A stretch of 64,000 bases of DNA from Chrysomallon squamiferum (GCA_012295275.1 CM022676.1:3348001-3412000); one strand, 5' to 3'. Counted from the stretch's first letter, positions 28,873 to 44,600 are shown. The notes: generated from the sequence alone by a model not told the origin. Program-made: numbers and translations.

Positions 28873-30333
28873 TGTTATACAGTGCAATGTGTTATCTATG
28901 AAACAGAACACATCTAGTGTAAGATAAATTAAATTAAGATGTAAAATAATATAAAAGATGATGTGTCATGAAATAAAAATTAACATAATATAATATGTAT
29001 AATTAACATGTATAGACATATCACATATAGTATAAGTAAAATTAACATAACAGACACATGAAAGATCTAAATTAATTTAACAATGAAATGTAATAATGTA
29101 ATACACAAAACATCGAAATTGTTTATAATTTCAGGTAAATTAATTTAAAACAATGGATACAATATCATAATGCGATCTGATATAATTTAAAGTAACGTAA
29201 TATAAAGCAATTATTTTTTATATATATATAATGTAAAATTTTGCTTTAATTCAATAACACATATCATAATATAACATTTTCTTTTTATTGTATCATTAAT
29301 AAAATCATGTTATATAAGACACATTATCCTTATTTAAGTCATATTATTTATAATCTAAATGTGGATGTAAATACAAAATAATATTATCATCATTACAGTT
29401 TCGACTTAAACTATTATTACTTTTATCCTATCTCCAGTACGTTATTAAAATCCCTTTACTTTCATTCTTAGTAATATCTTTATCTACATAACAAAACAAC
29501 AACAACAACAACAAAAAAAAAAAAAAAAAAAAAAAAAAAGAAAGAAAGAAAAATTAAAAAAAAAAAAAAAGAAAATGTTGATGATGATGATGATTATAAA
29601 AATAATAATAATGAAGTAACAAAATGAAAGAATTATAAAATAATAAATATAATAGATATAATAAATATAATAAAAAAAAAAAGAAATACTGGTATATAAC
29701 AAATATTTACCTCCAAAATACAGTCTTAAGAGCATATCCAGTTCAAAACATTAATTTATAAAACTACAGATAATTCATATACTGTGTATTATAAAAAACA
29801 TATTAAAATTTTTTTCATTCCACTTAACACCTTACTTACGAAATTATACTTAGTTTACATTCCATGACACGTAGCATTTATCAAGTATATCACAGTTCAA
29901 AACATTGTTTACAAAAATATGCTTTAAGAAAATGCTGAAGTTCGTCTAACGAGAATAATTAGGCGCAGGAATGTGTTGGTGTAGGTTTCCGAGATCGTAT
30001 TACATTAGTCCTATATATAAATATAAACATACTAAATAACACCGATAGAGTAAGTGCAACAACTTACATATCAGCTGATGATGTATATTTTGTAACAGAT
30101 CAAGTATCAACTGACTGTGTATTGTTTATGTCTGTATAAAACGTGTGTCTGTGTTTTTTCTTAGTGCCTGTTGTGTAAATATAACCTTAGGTACACATTA
30201 ACTTACAATGGAGAAAAAAAAAACGTCAGTTATAATAAGTATACTGATCTATATGCATACATATTGTATATATATATACTTTACATATACATAGAGTCAC
30301 GCACACACACAGATACATATATAGCTAGAGGGA

Positions 30334-30407
<74 letters not shown>

Positions 30408-31132
30408 GAAAAATACATAAATATTTACTAACTCACTGACACATATATACTAACAGAAATACAATTTCTCAAAATGTCATCATTCATCTATCCATCTATC
30501 TATGTATCTGTCTGTCTGTCTGTCTGTCTCTCTGTCTGCCTGTCTGTCTATCTATCTACCTATGTGCTTCTATATATATATCTAAACCTTTCTGTGTGCG
30601 GATGTACTTTTCTGCCTGTCTATCTATATGTGTATCAGTCTGTCTGGCTTCTATATCAGTAATATGTATATAGGTAAATAGGTAAGTAGGAAGGTAAACA
30701 GAGAATAAGCAGACACACAGACAGACAGACTGACGCAAAACAATAGCCTTTGTTTTCAAAGGTTAGACAGTAGGAGATATGTCAAGCACGTATAAAATTG
30801 AAAATGCATGTAACACAAACTGCTTACAATTAACTCGGGCTACTCTCATTAGCATAATAATAATTATTGTAAGTGCATTGTTGACGTAGATTTAGTTTCT
30901 TAGTGACTTCCCATTGACTGAATTCAGCACAAAAAGTTAGTAATCAGGACTCGAAGCCACGTGAAAAGAAAAATATGCGGTGTAAATCTCCATATTTATA
31001 ACGACTGAAGTCTTAAAATGTTTGAAAACCAAATACAGTTTGGATATGCGTGTATTATGCAAGCAAACATATGTGGATGCATATGCAGTATCTATAAATG
31101 TATATGTGCCAGTGTTTGTGTGAATGAGTTTC

Positions 31133-31173
<41 letters not shown>

Positions 31174-31939
31174 ATATATATATATATATATATCTGTCTG
31201 TGTGAATGTACAAACAGGGTGGGATCTGTTATGAAATGAATGAAGTTTAAGCCTCGGTGCCTGTGAGCACAGAGAGCCCAGAAAGCACCTTAGTAGTCCT
31301 CACGACTTCAACATTTTAATCACAATCTGACATGTGGCTAAGTTTTAGAAATGTGTTACGGAACGAGCCTTAGAAGAAGATAAACCAAAGCTACCCAGAC
31401 CTCGTTTCTGTCTGCGAGGGGCAGTAGACCCCCGCCTCGTTGTACGATGTGTGTATGTGGAGGAACGTTTTTATTTATGCATGCACGAATTTATGTATGT
31501 AGCCATGCATAAATGTTCATATGTATCTAGGCATTTATGTATAATATCACATATATCCATGTATATATATATGTGTGTGTGTGTGTGTGTCTGTGTGTGT
31601 GTCTGCTACTTTCGTAATTTTAATAACAAAATGACTTATGCTAACCGATACTGTTTTAAATTACATTGATTTATTTATGTACATAAACTGAGACTAAACA
31701 TTACAATATATATCTGTCTGGCTATCTTAATACTGTCTTTCTGTCTAATTCATCGACTAAACAATATATTCATATATATATATATTTTTTTTTTTCTTTA
31801 AAAAGTAAAAAAAAAAACCTTTACGTTTAAACTGGAACGAATTTTCGAAATCTAAGGAATGCAAATTCAAGCATTATATTACCACACATGTCTATTCAAT
31901 ACAAGTTTCTGCTTTTTTCTTCTTCTTATCCTGTGTCAG

Positions 31940-32199
31940 GAGAACATACTGATAGACGTTAGACACTTTCAAATAGTTGACGTGTGTTGTTCACACAGTA
32001 ATGCACTCGGACTTGGCGTCTCTCCATGTAGCAATTCATCCGCCATTGCATTCACACAAGCAGAAGATGGTAGCTATTGAAAATCGTTGAGACCAGATTT
32101 GGCAACAGATTTGGCAGTGAACGTTGTGTGTTAACTGAACGGATATTTTGAGATGCTCCTTTACAGAGTGAAACACTAAATTTAAATATGCCTCCAGCA
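31940..32199 (+). other. Candidate exon in a unique-sequence island; strand and coding status unresolved
   Basis: Plus strand has a strong acceptor ttttttcttcttcttatcctgtgtcag and a donor GCA|gtaagt, ending in ATG CCT CCA GCA, with stops in all frames upstream. An alternative minus-strand reading exists (see findings). Confidence 0.3.
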
Positions 32200-32350
32200 G
32201 TAAGTTAAAATCCTTAAAAAATATGTTTTTTAAGGTAAAATATGATGTTTAGATTGTGTTAAGTGCGATATTAGTATAACTGTAAAAAAAATAAAAACAA
32301 CAACAACAACAAAAAAAAAAAACGAAATAAAAAACTAAAAAATAAAACTA

Positions 32351-32391
<41 letters not shown>

Positions 32392-32499
32392 ATGAATGAA
32401 TGAATAAATAAATAAATAAATAATAATAAATAAAATCATTATACATGCATTTAGTTAAAGATAAAAATACTAATTAATGTAAATAACATATTACTTCTA

Positions 32500-32860
32500 A
32501 AAAATATATATAATGTAAAGTACGTGATATTAAGTTAAGGTACACGAAAATACGTGACAATACGTTACAGTAAATGTAAAATATCTGATATTAAGTTAAA
32601 ATACTTGTAAAGAACTGTTATTACGTTATCATAAATGTAAAATACCTGATATTACGTTCTAGTAAATGTAAAATATATGATAAGTTAACGTACATGCAAC
32701 ATACGTCATAATACGTTACAGTAAATGTAAAATACGCTATATTTAGTTAACGTATATGTAAAATACATGATGTTACCTTTAAAGTACAAGCAAAATACGT
32801 TTTATAATTTAAATTACGTGATACTAAAATACAGTGTAAAATGTAAAGTGTGTTATAGCG
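32500..32860. repeat. Degenerate ~28-30-bp minisatellite (gtaaatgtaaaatacgtgatattaagtta-like)
   Basis: Repeated tgtaaaata...atatta(a/c)gtta units. Confidence 0.8.
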
Positions 32861-33707
32861 TGTCATATACAAATTCTTTTTCAATCTTAGAGCTTTGTTC
32901 AAGTTTTGATTAAAGGTTTGTTAATTAGTAATCAGTTTTAGTTTTCACTTAAATGCAATTTCGCCTACACTCAGTCATTTAGGATTTCATAAGATCCACT
33001 TTCATGTCTTTTTTCATTTCTTTTCTTTTCTTTATTGGTCTCTTTCTTTCCTTTTTAGCATTTCTTTTTATCTTTCTTCTTCTTCTTCTTCGTCTTCTTC
33101 TTCTTCTTCTTCTCTCTCTCTTTTTTCTTCATAATGTCATTTCATTAAAGATACTTTGTGAATTTATATATTTATTATAAACCTTTAATAACATTAGAAC
33201 ACTTGACTTTAGTTTTGTGAAGAATGACATTTTCATAATCTCGTTCTCGCGTTACTCTCTGGAGCAGAATGTTCACAAATAGCCATGGAAATTTTCACCG
33301 ATCGATAATCCTTTATCACCTAATACGTCACAGATTTAAACTCTGTCATAGCTGTCGTTTCTAGCAGCAGTATGACGTCATTTGTGTAACCCTCAATTAA
33401 AAGCCTGATGCACTTCAGTCGATCAAAACTTAAAGCCGTGTTCACACTAAACGACTTACAGAGATAGAACGTTAGATACAGAGACAGAGAGCCTAAGGAC
33501 AGACAGAAAGACACATAGATAAATATAAAAAGAGAATGTGTGTGTATGTGTGTGTGAAGGACAGAGGAAAAGAGAACTTGGGAGAGAGAAATGGCAGATG
33601 AAGACCAAAAAGAGAAAATATTTATTATTATTATTAATTTTTTTTTTTTTTTTAAATAAACCCCCCTCCCCAAGAACAAAGTGAAGAAGAAGCAGAAGAA
33701 GAAAAAG

Positions 33708-33756
<49 letters not shown>

Positions 33757-34896
33757 GTTTATACGATTTCGAAAATACAGTACGAATAGAGCTTAGGTTT
33801 ATTTAAAAGTATCGTTCAAGACTAAAAAAACTGTGGTGAAAACATCTCTAGATTCTGTATATTATTTTAACTTCGCTTTTCCCAAAACCAGTATTCCTAA
33901 ATTCGTTTTGTACAAGCCAACTTGGCTAGCGAATCGACATTTTCTTCTCGTATCTTTTTTTTTTTTTTTTTTTTTTTTTTTTGTGAGAGAGAGAGAAATT
34001 GATTATTAGGAAGTGTGACTAGAATATATATCACATAAAATATCTATTCAGGTAAATTTTAGAGCTATTTGTATGCCTGAGTTTAGGATTCATGCAATCA
34101 ACTCGACCCTGACCTAAGCTGAAAACGTCCTTGTTGATATTGATGTTGTTGTTGTTGTTGTTGTTACTGTAACTATTCCCAGTTATCAGTTCTAGAACAA
34201 TTACTACTGCTACTACTACTACAACTTATAATTATCCCCCTTTTCTTTTCGAATATTTTGGATGCACCCCTGATATACATAATATGAAACCTAGCAACAA
34301 ATGTTATATTTTTTTTTGCTATTAAACGCTACTAATTAGGTCAGCTTGTCTCTACATTGGACTACATGGGGAAAAAAAAGAAAAAGAAAAAGAAAACAAA
34401 AAAATTATCGAAAAAAAATACTGTTTGTGGTTTTTCTGGATTAAACTCCATAGATGATCAAAGACTGCGAGATCAAATGAAAGTCTACAGAGACAATAAT
34501 ACGATTGTTCGTTTAGTGACAGAACAATTATAAAATATGCAGATTAAATGAATTTATTTTTATTATGACGTATGTTAGTCTCGTAGAAATATATTATTTC
34601 TTATATATGTAGTATAAACTTGGATATTTATGTGCAAATATGTTGTTCATGAAGTATGTATATATATATGTACGTACATATTTATATATGTATGTATATA
34701 TGCATATATGTATGTATATATGCATATATGTGAATGTATATGTTTATATATATAAGTGCTAGGAATAATTGATCCTAAAATAACATTTCTTGTTCTTTAT
34801 ATTCTTCTTCTTCTTCTTCTTCTTATTATTATTATTATTATTATTAGTAGTAGTAGTAGTTGTAACAGTAGTAGTAGTAGTAGTAGTAGTAATAAC

Positions 34897-34931
<35 letters not shown>

Positions 34932-35001
34932 AAACAGTAGTAGTAGTAGTAGTAGTCTTACTGGTGCAAATGTTTTTATTTTGCTTAATGTTTATTTTTT
35001 T

Positions 35002-35035
<34 letters not shown>

Positions 35036-35656
35036 ATTACTACAACAACTATTAATTTAAAATAAATGTTTATAAGTGTATTTTAATTTATAATCTTTGA
35101 AACATATGAAATAGAACATAGGTATCTATCTATGAAAGACAGTTGTACCTTTGATAATCCATAGGTGACACCGTTGCCATAGAGATATTTAAATTAAAAT
35201 ATATATATTTTTATATAAGAAAACTTAATAATAATATATATTTTTAACTAATTAAATCTTTTGGTGTTAATTGGATTTAGCTGATCCATAAATCCACATC
35301 CATGGATTAATTCTTTTTAATGAGTAAAATATTTTTACATCGAATGATCGCCATAGTAACAGTGTAGGGTTGAATAACTCAACGTCAAACGAAACAAAGA
35401 AATTAAAGAGCGGAAAAAAAGCAAAAAAAAAAAAAAAAAAAAAGAAAACAAAAAGAAAAATGGAGTAAAGAAAATAAATGAAAGAAAAGAAACAAAAAAC
35501 ATTCTTTTGTGTTTTTTTTTTATTATTTACTGAGGTAAATATAGAAACTTTCGGTTGTGAATATAAACTAGTTTGTGTTTTTATTCACTTATTTTTGGCT
35601 AAGTATTATATATATGTGTGTGTGTGTCTGTGTGTCTGTGTGTCTGTGTGTGTCTA

Positions 35657-35703
<47 letters not shown>

Positions 35704-38699
35704 CAAAAAGTTCAAATTTTGTATCACTATGTATCTGTATGTCTCTATCTGTTTATCTATGTATCTTTCTATCTGTCTATGGATGTGTGTTATGTATGTA
35801 TGCGTATGTGTATGTATATTACTGTCTGTCTATCTGTCTGCGTGTCTTTTTATATATATATATATATGTATGTATGTACATGTCTATCTCTGTGTTTATA
35901 TATCTATCTATCTATCCATAAGAAATTTCTTCCTTTATTGTACTAAAGATAATTTTTTAAAAGTTAAATGTAAAAAATAAAATAAAATAAAATAAAATAA
36001 TTAAATAAATAAATAAAAGCACCTACATAGTGTTCTATAATAAGTAAATATGTCACTGGGCCAAGAAGATTAGGATAGATTATAAATGTAACATATCAGT
36101 GTAATTCGTAGTCGAGAAGCGAAATCTTATCTCAGTTTAAGTGAACTAGTAAAATAACCCAGTAACACTCTGTACATCTTATTTAACTGTACTGATGGCT
36201 ACTTTTCGTGTGTGTGTATGTGTGATGCGCGCTCGCGCGTTTATATGAATGTATACATCAGAAATAATGTCTATATCACACATTTATATTAAAGCACTCG
36301 TGACAAATGTCATGGATCAAGTTGTTTGCTGTTATAAAACATATAAAATTAAGTATAACAAGTTATCTAATAAAAATCAAAGACAAATGTTAAGTAATAT
36401 TAAAAAACTAATTATAACAAATTACATAATATTAAACTATATATAACATTGTTTTGTTTTTTTGTTTTTTCTAAGCAAGTTATGTAATATTATAAAACGA
36501 AATACGACAAGCTATAAAATAATGTTGTATAACTAAGTATAATAAGTTATATAAAATTATAATAACAACTACAAATTACGTAATATCATAAAAATAAATA
36601 AAACATCTTACGAAACATAAAAATCTAAGAATACATAACAAGTTCTACATTATAAAACTCTATTTGAAAACATTGTTTATTTCTTAAATTTTTAATTTTT
36701 AATTTTTTATTTTTTTTTTCTGAATAAATTATTTAATATAATAAAAGCAATAAGTACAAGACTAGACTGTACTAAACAATCTCTATTTCAGAATGTTTTA
36801 TGTTAAAGAACTTTGACATCTGACAGGCTGTCTAGACACAGACACGGAGTAGCGCTGTGGCAGATGATCAAATATTTGACGATCTATTTATAGCCAGTGA
36901 CTAACATAATCGCGACCCACAGTACAAGTAAGTCGATTCAACGCGTCTGCTTCATTTACCGTAGTGTCTCGTGCACAGGCGCGGACTTTATGTTAAAATA
37001 AACACAATTTATGCATATGTGTGTGTGTACTCTTGTATGTATGTTTGTACGTACGTATGTATATGAATCTTTGTTTGTGTATGCACCTACTTATTTATGT
37101 ATGCATGCGGTTATGTATGTAGGTATACGTAGCTACGTGTCTATATTTGTACATGTTTATTTATTTATTTAAATTATATTGATTATTATTAATATAATTT
37201 TAATTAATATGTTTTCAGAGTTAACTACTACTATTATTACTAATGCTGCTACTACAGTAACTACGGTTACTAGTACTCGTACAATTGTTGATATTACTAT
37301 TTTTGCTAATAGTACTATTACCACACCACCAAAATAGCAACACCATCTACAACCACTATTATCAATATTCTACTACTACAACTTCTACTACAGCTATTAT
37401 TACTAATGCACTGCAATAACAACAACAACTACTACTACTACTCTACTAAAACAAATACAACCTCTGCTACTTCTGCTGATGTTGATACTTCTACTACTGT
37501 AACTACTACTACTATTACCACTACGAGCATATTTATTATTATCATATTTTTATTTATTTATTTATTTAAGCTGAAGTTAAACTGTTGAGAAATTTAAATG
37601 ATATATATATTTTTTTAATGCAAATAAAGGAAGAGACTGGACAAATGCCAAACGTTTCACGTTTTATAAATACTTGTAGGCTTACGAATTCCTTTGGTTT
37701 TGTTCTGACTTACGATATAACAGAGATATTTGTATCAATCATTTTCATGCTTACGTTTAATGCTTTGAATGTAACAAACACACACACGAAAACAAAACAA
37801 AAAAAATAAAAAAAAAAAAAAATAAAATAAAATAAAATACAAACACCCCAAAACAACGTCGGAATAACTATTCACGTTTCTTTCAATGTCTGAACATTTT
37901 TTTGTCACATACTTGAATAGTTTCAGGTGAATAACTGCACTTTCCAAAAAACATTCAAATATTTTTAACTCATAAAAAATTAAAAATATCTTTGATGTGA
38001 GTGTTTTGTTTTATTTTTGATAATGTTTTTAATCCATTATAAAACAAAATTCTTTTTGATGTTTGATTCACGAATTTTTTTTTTTTTTTTTTTATGAAAT
38101 GTGTAATATTCAGTAATTTAAAAACTATTTTTAATAATAATCAAATTTAAAAAAAATTATACAAATCTGCAGTTTAAATGCATCTAAGTAATTAAAAATT
38201 TCGTGTATATAAAATAAAATAGAAACGGATAGATGGACGGTAAAATGAATAAAAACTGAATAACTGTATGAAGGATTGAATGAGAAAGAAAGAAAGAAGT
38301 ACTGATTAAATGAATGATTGAACGAAACAAAGAAAAAATTAACGAATGTATCTTTAAACTAATATTTAAGTGATTACATAATTTAACTTTTTTTTATTTC
38401 ACTTACAAACTTCTTATACTTACTTTAATTTTTTTTAAAAGAAATGAAAAAAAGTCACTTGTGTAAAAAAATGGCCACTATAAAATGAAAAACTGAGTCG
38501 GTTTTCAAGAAGATTTTAATTTAATAAGGAAAGTAATGATTATTTCAGTATCTGTGAAAATCGATGGTATTAAAAAATGTATTAAGAGTGTTAACTATGA
38601 CACAGGTAATTGCATTTTGAGCCATTATGCAAATCTGTGACATTAAAACTGCAAATAATTATATGTAACTTGTACTTCAAATCACTGTGAAAATTTGTT

Positions 38700-39290
38700 A
38701 CTTTTGTAACTGTTCTTTTAACCATTCTACAAATCTGTAACATTTATAACTGTATTTTTAACCATTCTACAAATCTGTAACATTTATAACTGTATTTTTA
38801 ACCATTCTACAAATCTGTAACATTTATAACTGTATTTTTAACCATTCTACAAATCTGTAACATTTATAACTGTATTTTTAACCACTCCACAAATCTGTGA
38901 CATTTATAACTGTATTTTTAACCATTCCACAAATCTGTAACATTTATAACTGTATTTTTAACCATTCCACAAATCTGTAACATTTATAACTGTATTTTTA
39001 ACCATTCTACAAATCTGTAACATTTATAACTGTATTTTTAACCATTCTACAAATCTGTAACATTTATAACTGTATTTTTAACCACTCCACAAATCTGTGA
39101 CATTTATAACTGTACTTTTGACCACTCCACAAATCTGTGACATCTATAACTGTACTTTTGACCACTCCACAAATCATGTTACATTTATAACTGTACTTTT
39201 GACCACTCCACAAATCTGTTACACTTATAACTGTATTTTTGACCACTCCACAAATCTTTGACATCTATAACTGTACTTTTAACCATTGTG
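38700..39290. repeat. 40-bp minisatellite, about 14 copies
   Basis: Unit accattctacaaatctgtaacatttataactgtattttta with exact period 40, drifting to accactccacaaatctgtga...gtacttttg on the right. Confidence 0.97.
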
Positions 39291-39569
39291 CTAACCTGTG
39301 AGTGTGTAAATTTACTTTGAAACGTCGTGTAAATCCATAACACTTAGAACCGATGTGCAAAATAAGAATTTGGAACTATTACTGAAAATTGTCGACATAT
39401 ATCACTATGTCATTAACTGCGGTGCAAACTTTTTTAATTTTCTAAATATTGTGAACCATTGTGCAAACTTACAACTATTTTGAATCATTTTCATTTTAAC
39501 AGTGCAATGAAATACTACGTATCGATATTCAAAATTTATAACTGCATTTGAGACCTTTTAAACAAATAA

Positions 39570-39600
<31 letters not shown>

Positions 39601-39910
39601 AATAATTATATATATATATATATTTCAGTAGCATATTATGCAGAAGAAATTTAATTCTGAAACACAAAACCTCAGCAATGCGACCACCTGCATGAGTACA
39701 AGTCACCTAATGTAAATCAGAAAATGCACACAAAACGTATGACATTATTAATGATAAATGGGTATACTCGGATACAACACGTTATTATACGTAACGTAAT
39801 TAATACAGTTAAGCATGACATTATATTTTATAATATATAGTCTCTCTCTGTAAAAACCTTTACAAACACACACACATATAGTGTTATACAATTTAGTTAT
39901 ATTATATTTT

Positions 39911-39942
<32 letters not shown>

Positions 39943-40997
39943 CATATATATGTATTTGTTCAGTTTATTTTTCTATAATAATTTTCTGTGTGTTATGATA
40001 TGTATTTGTAGAGTTATGAGTTTTTATAAGGTTATTATTATTGTGTTCTCTGCTGATTTCTGTAAAACAAAATTTAAAAAATAATAAAAAGAAAAAAAAA
40101 AAAATAAAAAAAAAAAAAATATAAAATAAAAGAAAAAAGTTTAATTTCTCGACATTTTTATAAATAGTAAGAAAGAATAACGTCATTTATCAAGTATTTG
40201 TTTGTTTCTTTTTGTTTTCTCTCTATATTTCATTTATTCGTTTTTCTTTTTTTTTACATTCCTTCTTTTTCTCTTTTATTCATTTTCGATGACAGCACAG
40301 TCTTTTTTTTTTTTTTCTTAATTACAGAAATGGATGAACGGGTACCATCATAGCTTTAAATAACATTTTAAAAACAAGCAACTCTATTTTGAAGAGATAA
40401 ATTTTATCGGTGGGTTGAAAATGCACAGGTACACGATTCAGCCCATGCATAGCTTCTGAAATGTTCTGCTTGTAACAAGAAAGTGACTTTTTGACGCATA
40501 TAACCGAGAAACAAAGAAAGAATTTGTTTGTGCTAACATGTGGAATGTCAGAATAAGAAAAAGAGAGAAAAAATCTTTAAAATGTTTCAAAGGTTTAAAA
40601 GTCCTGTCAGTCATCAAGCTCCGCCCTACTCATTTGCATAAATATTGTACTGCTCCATTTTAAAAAAAAACAACTTTTTATACATATATATATCTGTTAT
40701 TGTTACTAATAAAATATCAATTTTCTAAATTTTAATTTTTAATTTGTATTTTAGTTAATTCGTCAAACTGCGGAATAAATTTGTTTGTTTGTTTATTTAT
40801 TTATTTATTTATTAGTTTCAACCATATACGATATCAAATTATTGTAAACTGATAATTCCTAAAAAGTTATAAAATCATCATTATCATCATCATCATCGTT
40901 GTTATCGTTATTGTTGCTGTAATTTCTATTTCTTCTTCTTCTTCTTCTTTTTTATTTTTCTTCTTCTTCTACTACTATTACTACTACTACTTCTTTA

Positions 40998-41029
<32 letters not shown>

Positions 41030-41363
41030 TTATTATTATTTAAATTAAAACGGATATCAATTCATTTATATTTTTCAGATGGTGACGTCATCAGTTTAAA
41101 GTGGATCAAACATTTCAAGGAAAATCAAGACACACACAGAAACGTAAATTTAGACATTTACATAAAACAAAAGTAGAATTACACAAAACATATTTCAAAT
41201 AATATCACTTTACTTATGATTATAGACATATTCTCATGAGAAGATTTTAATAAGATTGTAATATTTGATATGATCTGCTTGATTTTTATTTGTTTATTAT
41301 TATTATTATTATTATAATTTTATTTAATTTAATATAACTGATTAATTAATTATATATTTACTT

Positions 41364-41426
<63 letters not shown>

Positions 41427-42599
41427 AACACACACACACAGTTTTTAAACAGTTTGTCAAAACAGATTTGCATAATCCATCTGAATAAATTTGATCTTAT
41501 GCAGATATATTAATTATATTATTTTTGAGTAATTTCCTTCGTTTCTTCATGTAATTATTATTATTCTTTCTATCTTTTTCTTTCCGTCTTTCTTTCTTTC
41601 TTTCTTTCAGTCTTTTATTTATTTATTTAATATAATGTTAATTAATTAATTCATTCATTCATTCATTCATTCATTCATTCATTCATTTAATTTTTTCTTT
41701 AATTATGTTAGTTAGTCATATACACTGTAACAATTATTAAAACAAATTTAAAAAAATTAATAAAAAAAAAATTAGATAAGAAAAATATAATTATTTTACC
41801 TCATCTTTAACCAGTATAACAAACTTGTTCACGGAGCAGATGTAGAAACGGGAAATCACTATACAAATACTTTAACCAGAATCGATTTCTTTACCTATTA
41901 TGCTTATATGCGCTTTACCTTTGATGTTTATCGTTGTAGATCATTAAATGTACCAATGTAACACTTGATAACATGTAAGATATTGAGCAATGCATAGACT
42001 CCACCCTAGATATACTGATATTATTATGTAACATTTGCTGTGTCAGTGTTTACTCTGCTCTAGTTTTCTGTTCACTTTATGTTATAATATGTTATGTCAT
42101 GTTATACTATATTATATTACATTATTTTATTATATGATTATTATTATTTTTTTTTATATTATATTATATTATATTACGTTACATTATGATATGTTATGTT
42201 ACATTACATTACAATATGATATAAATATATATGCATGTACGTATATATGTATGTATGTATGTATATATGTGTATATATTTGCGTATGAGTGTATGTTTTA
42301 TTCATTTACATATATTAGACATACATAAAATGCACATAAATTTCATGTCTCTGTATATGAGCATATATATAATATTTTTGAAAATTAATGATAAAATAAA
42401 ACTTAACCTAAACAACTTATTTTCATTTTTAATTAAAATTCGATTTAAAATGGACTCGGATGAACTGACTTTGGGGTTTTGATGTACGTCTCCTGATTTG
42501 AGGTTTTGACCTCTGTGATACATATCTGTCTGTCCAGTGATTTTATCATTGATATGTTATTAATCTGTTTTCCTAGTCAGAGTCACGGAAATGATCACA

Positions 42600-42930
<331 letters not shown>

Positions 42931-43499
42931 AATTACGTGTTTCTGTTGTTTAATGATTTTTTAATGCAACAATTTGTCATGACAGCATGTAAGTCAGTTG
43001 TAGCTAAAAACTTCATGTCACATTTTTTTAAAGAATAAAAATAATAAATAGTAATGAACTGGTAAATGAACAAACAAACAACATACAAACAAACAAATAA
43101 ACAAAAAAAACACTTACAAACAATAAATGAACAGTGATCAAATAAAAAAATAATTAAAAAAATGAAATGAAGTAATAATAATAATGATGATGACGATAAT
43201 AATAATAAACAAACAAACAAACAAACAAACAAATAAAACAAACAAACAAACAAACAAATAAATCTAACATTATGTATCGAAAAATAATTGTAAATAATGA
43301 TAAAGGTATTAATGACAATGATGATGATGATGATGACGACAACAATAACAATAACAGTAATAATATGAATTATAATCATAATCATATTGATGTCAAAGTA
43401 AAATCATTATCTATAAGGATGATGGACATTATCACAATTCACAATCATACAGTTCATCTTCACACACATTAGACTAAAACAAAAACTTGTTAATTTACG

Positions 43500-43742
43500 A
43501 AATTAGCAGTCTGTGGGGTTCGATCCCCCGTACCTGTTCACGCCAAAAGCTGGTGTGTGCTCTGCAGCCAATCCCTAACTTTATTTGAAGAGGAAACAGT
43601 CTAGATTAAAGTAAACACCACCCACTGTTGTTCAAACACAGACATCAAATACTCCCACGAAAGTTGAATCAGGTATAGACTGTAAAAATACCTGGCTTTA
43701 CTTAGTGTCTTCTAAACAGTCTACAACATTTGCTGGAATACG
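43500..43742 (+). mobile_element. Probable degenerate tRNA-derived SINE fragment
   Basis: ggggttcgatcccc near 43515-43528 is a Pol III B-box/T-arm hairpin and is followed by ~200 bp of higher-GC unique sequence. No A-box, cloverleaf or TSD was recognised. Confidence 0.4.
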
Positions 43743-43860
43743 TTATTTTCCCCTTCCCTTTTTTTTTTTTTTTTTTTCCTACATTTTCAAGTTTTTGGAG
43801 ATTTTGGCAAAGTAGGTTTCGTGGTTTGAGAATTATAAAGAACTAAGATTTATAAGGTAT

Positions 43861-43987
<127 letters not shown>

Positions 43988-44600
43988 ATATATGTGTGTG
44001 TGTGTGTGCATGTGTCTGGTGTGTATATATGTGTACACTAACTGACAGAGAAAAAGAGATTTCTAGCTTTAAAAAGAAGGGTAATATGATTTTATTAATA
44101 TTATTTTATTCTGTTTCTATGCCTCTTTTCTCTCTATCTACCTACCTCTCTACCTATCTATCTACCTATTTACCTATTACCTTCCTACCTACCTCTCTCT
44201 ATAATCTATGTCTATGTATAGGTATTTAATGTATGTGTATGTGTGACTGTCTGTCTGGCTATGTGTCTCTCTATCTATTTCTTAATCAGATGTAATTGTT
44301 TGACCTGTAAATTACTTACTAATACTTATCAACCGGGAATTCACCAAAGACATCGAGTCTGAGAAATCTTCAACGTCTGCATAACTGTAGACCTAAAACA
44401 GATATAAATAAATAAATAAATAAATAAATAATAAGTAAATAAATAAATAAATAAAAATAATAACGGCAATAGTATATAATCACAACAAACTGAAACTAAC
44501 TATTATTTCATTTGTGTCTGTCTCTTTCTCCTGTTTATAGTTATTATAATTCCTTGAATTTTTATTTGTTTGTTTATTTATTTATTTATTTATTTATTTA

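Noticed and set aside
29961-29990. Resemblance of aggcgcagga... to the start of an octopus SINE as I recall it
   Set aside because: Similarity is limited to about 10 nt with no B-box or body following.
31998-32055. miR-92-like sequence (aatgcactcgg...) and other conserved miRNA seed matches (miR-1-like near 40541, miR-34-like near 32112)
   Set aside because: Only seed-level similarity; the mature sequences do not match and there are no proper pre-miRNA hairpins.
43505-43540. tRNA gene
   Set aside because: Only a T-arm/B-box is present; no D-arm, anticodon arm or acceptor stem can be built.
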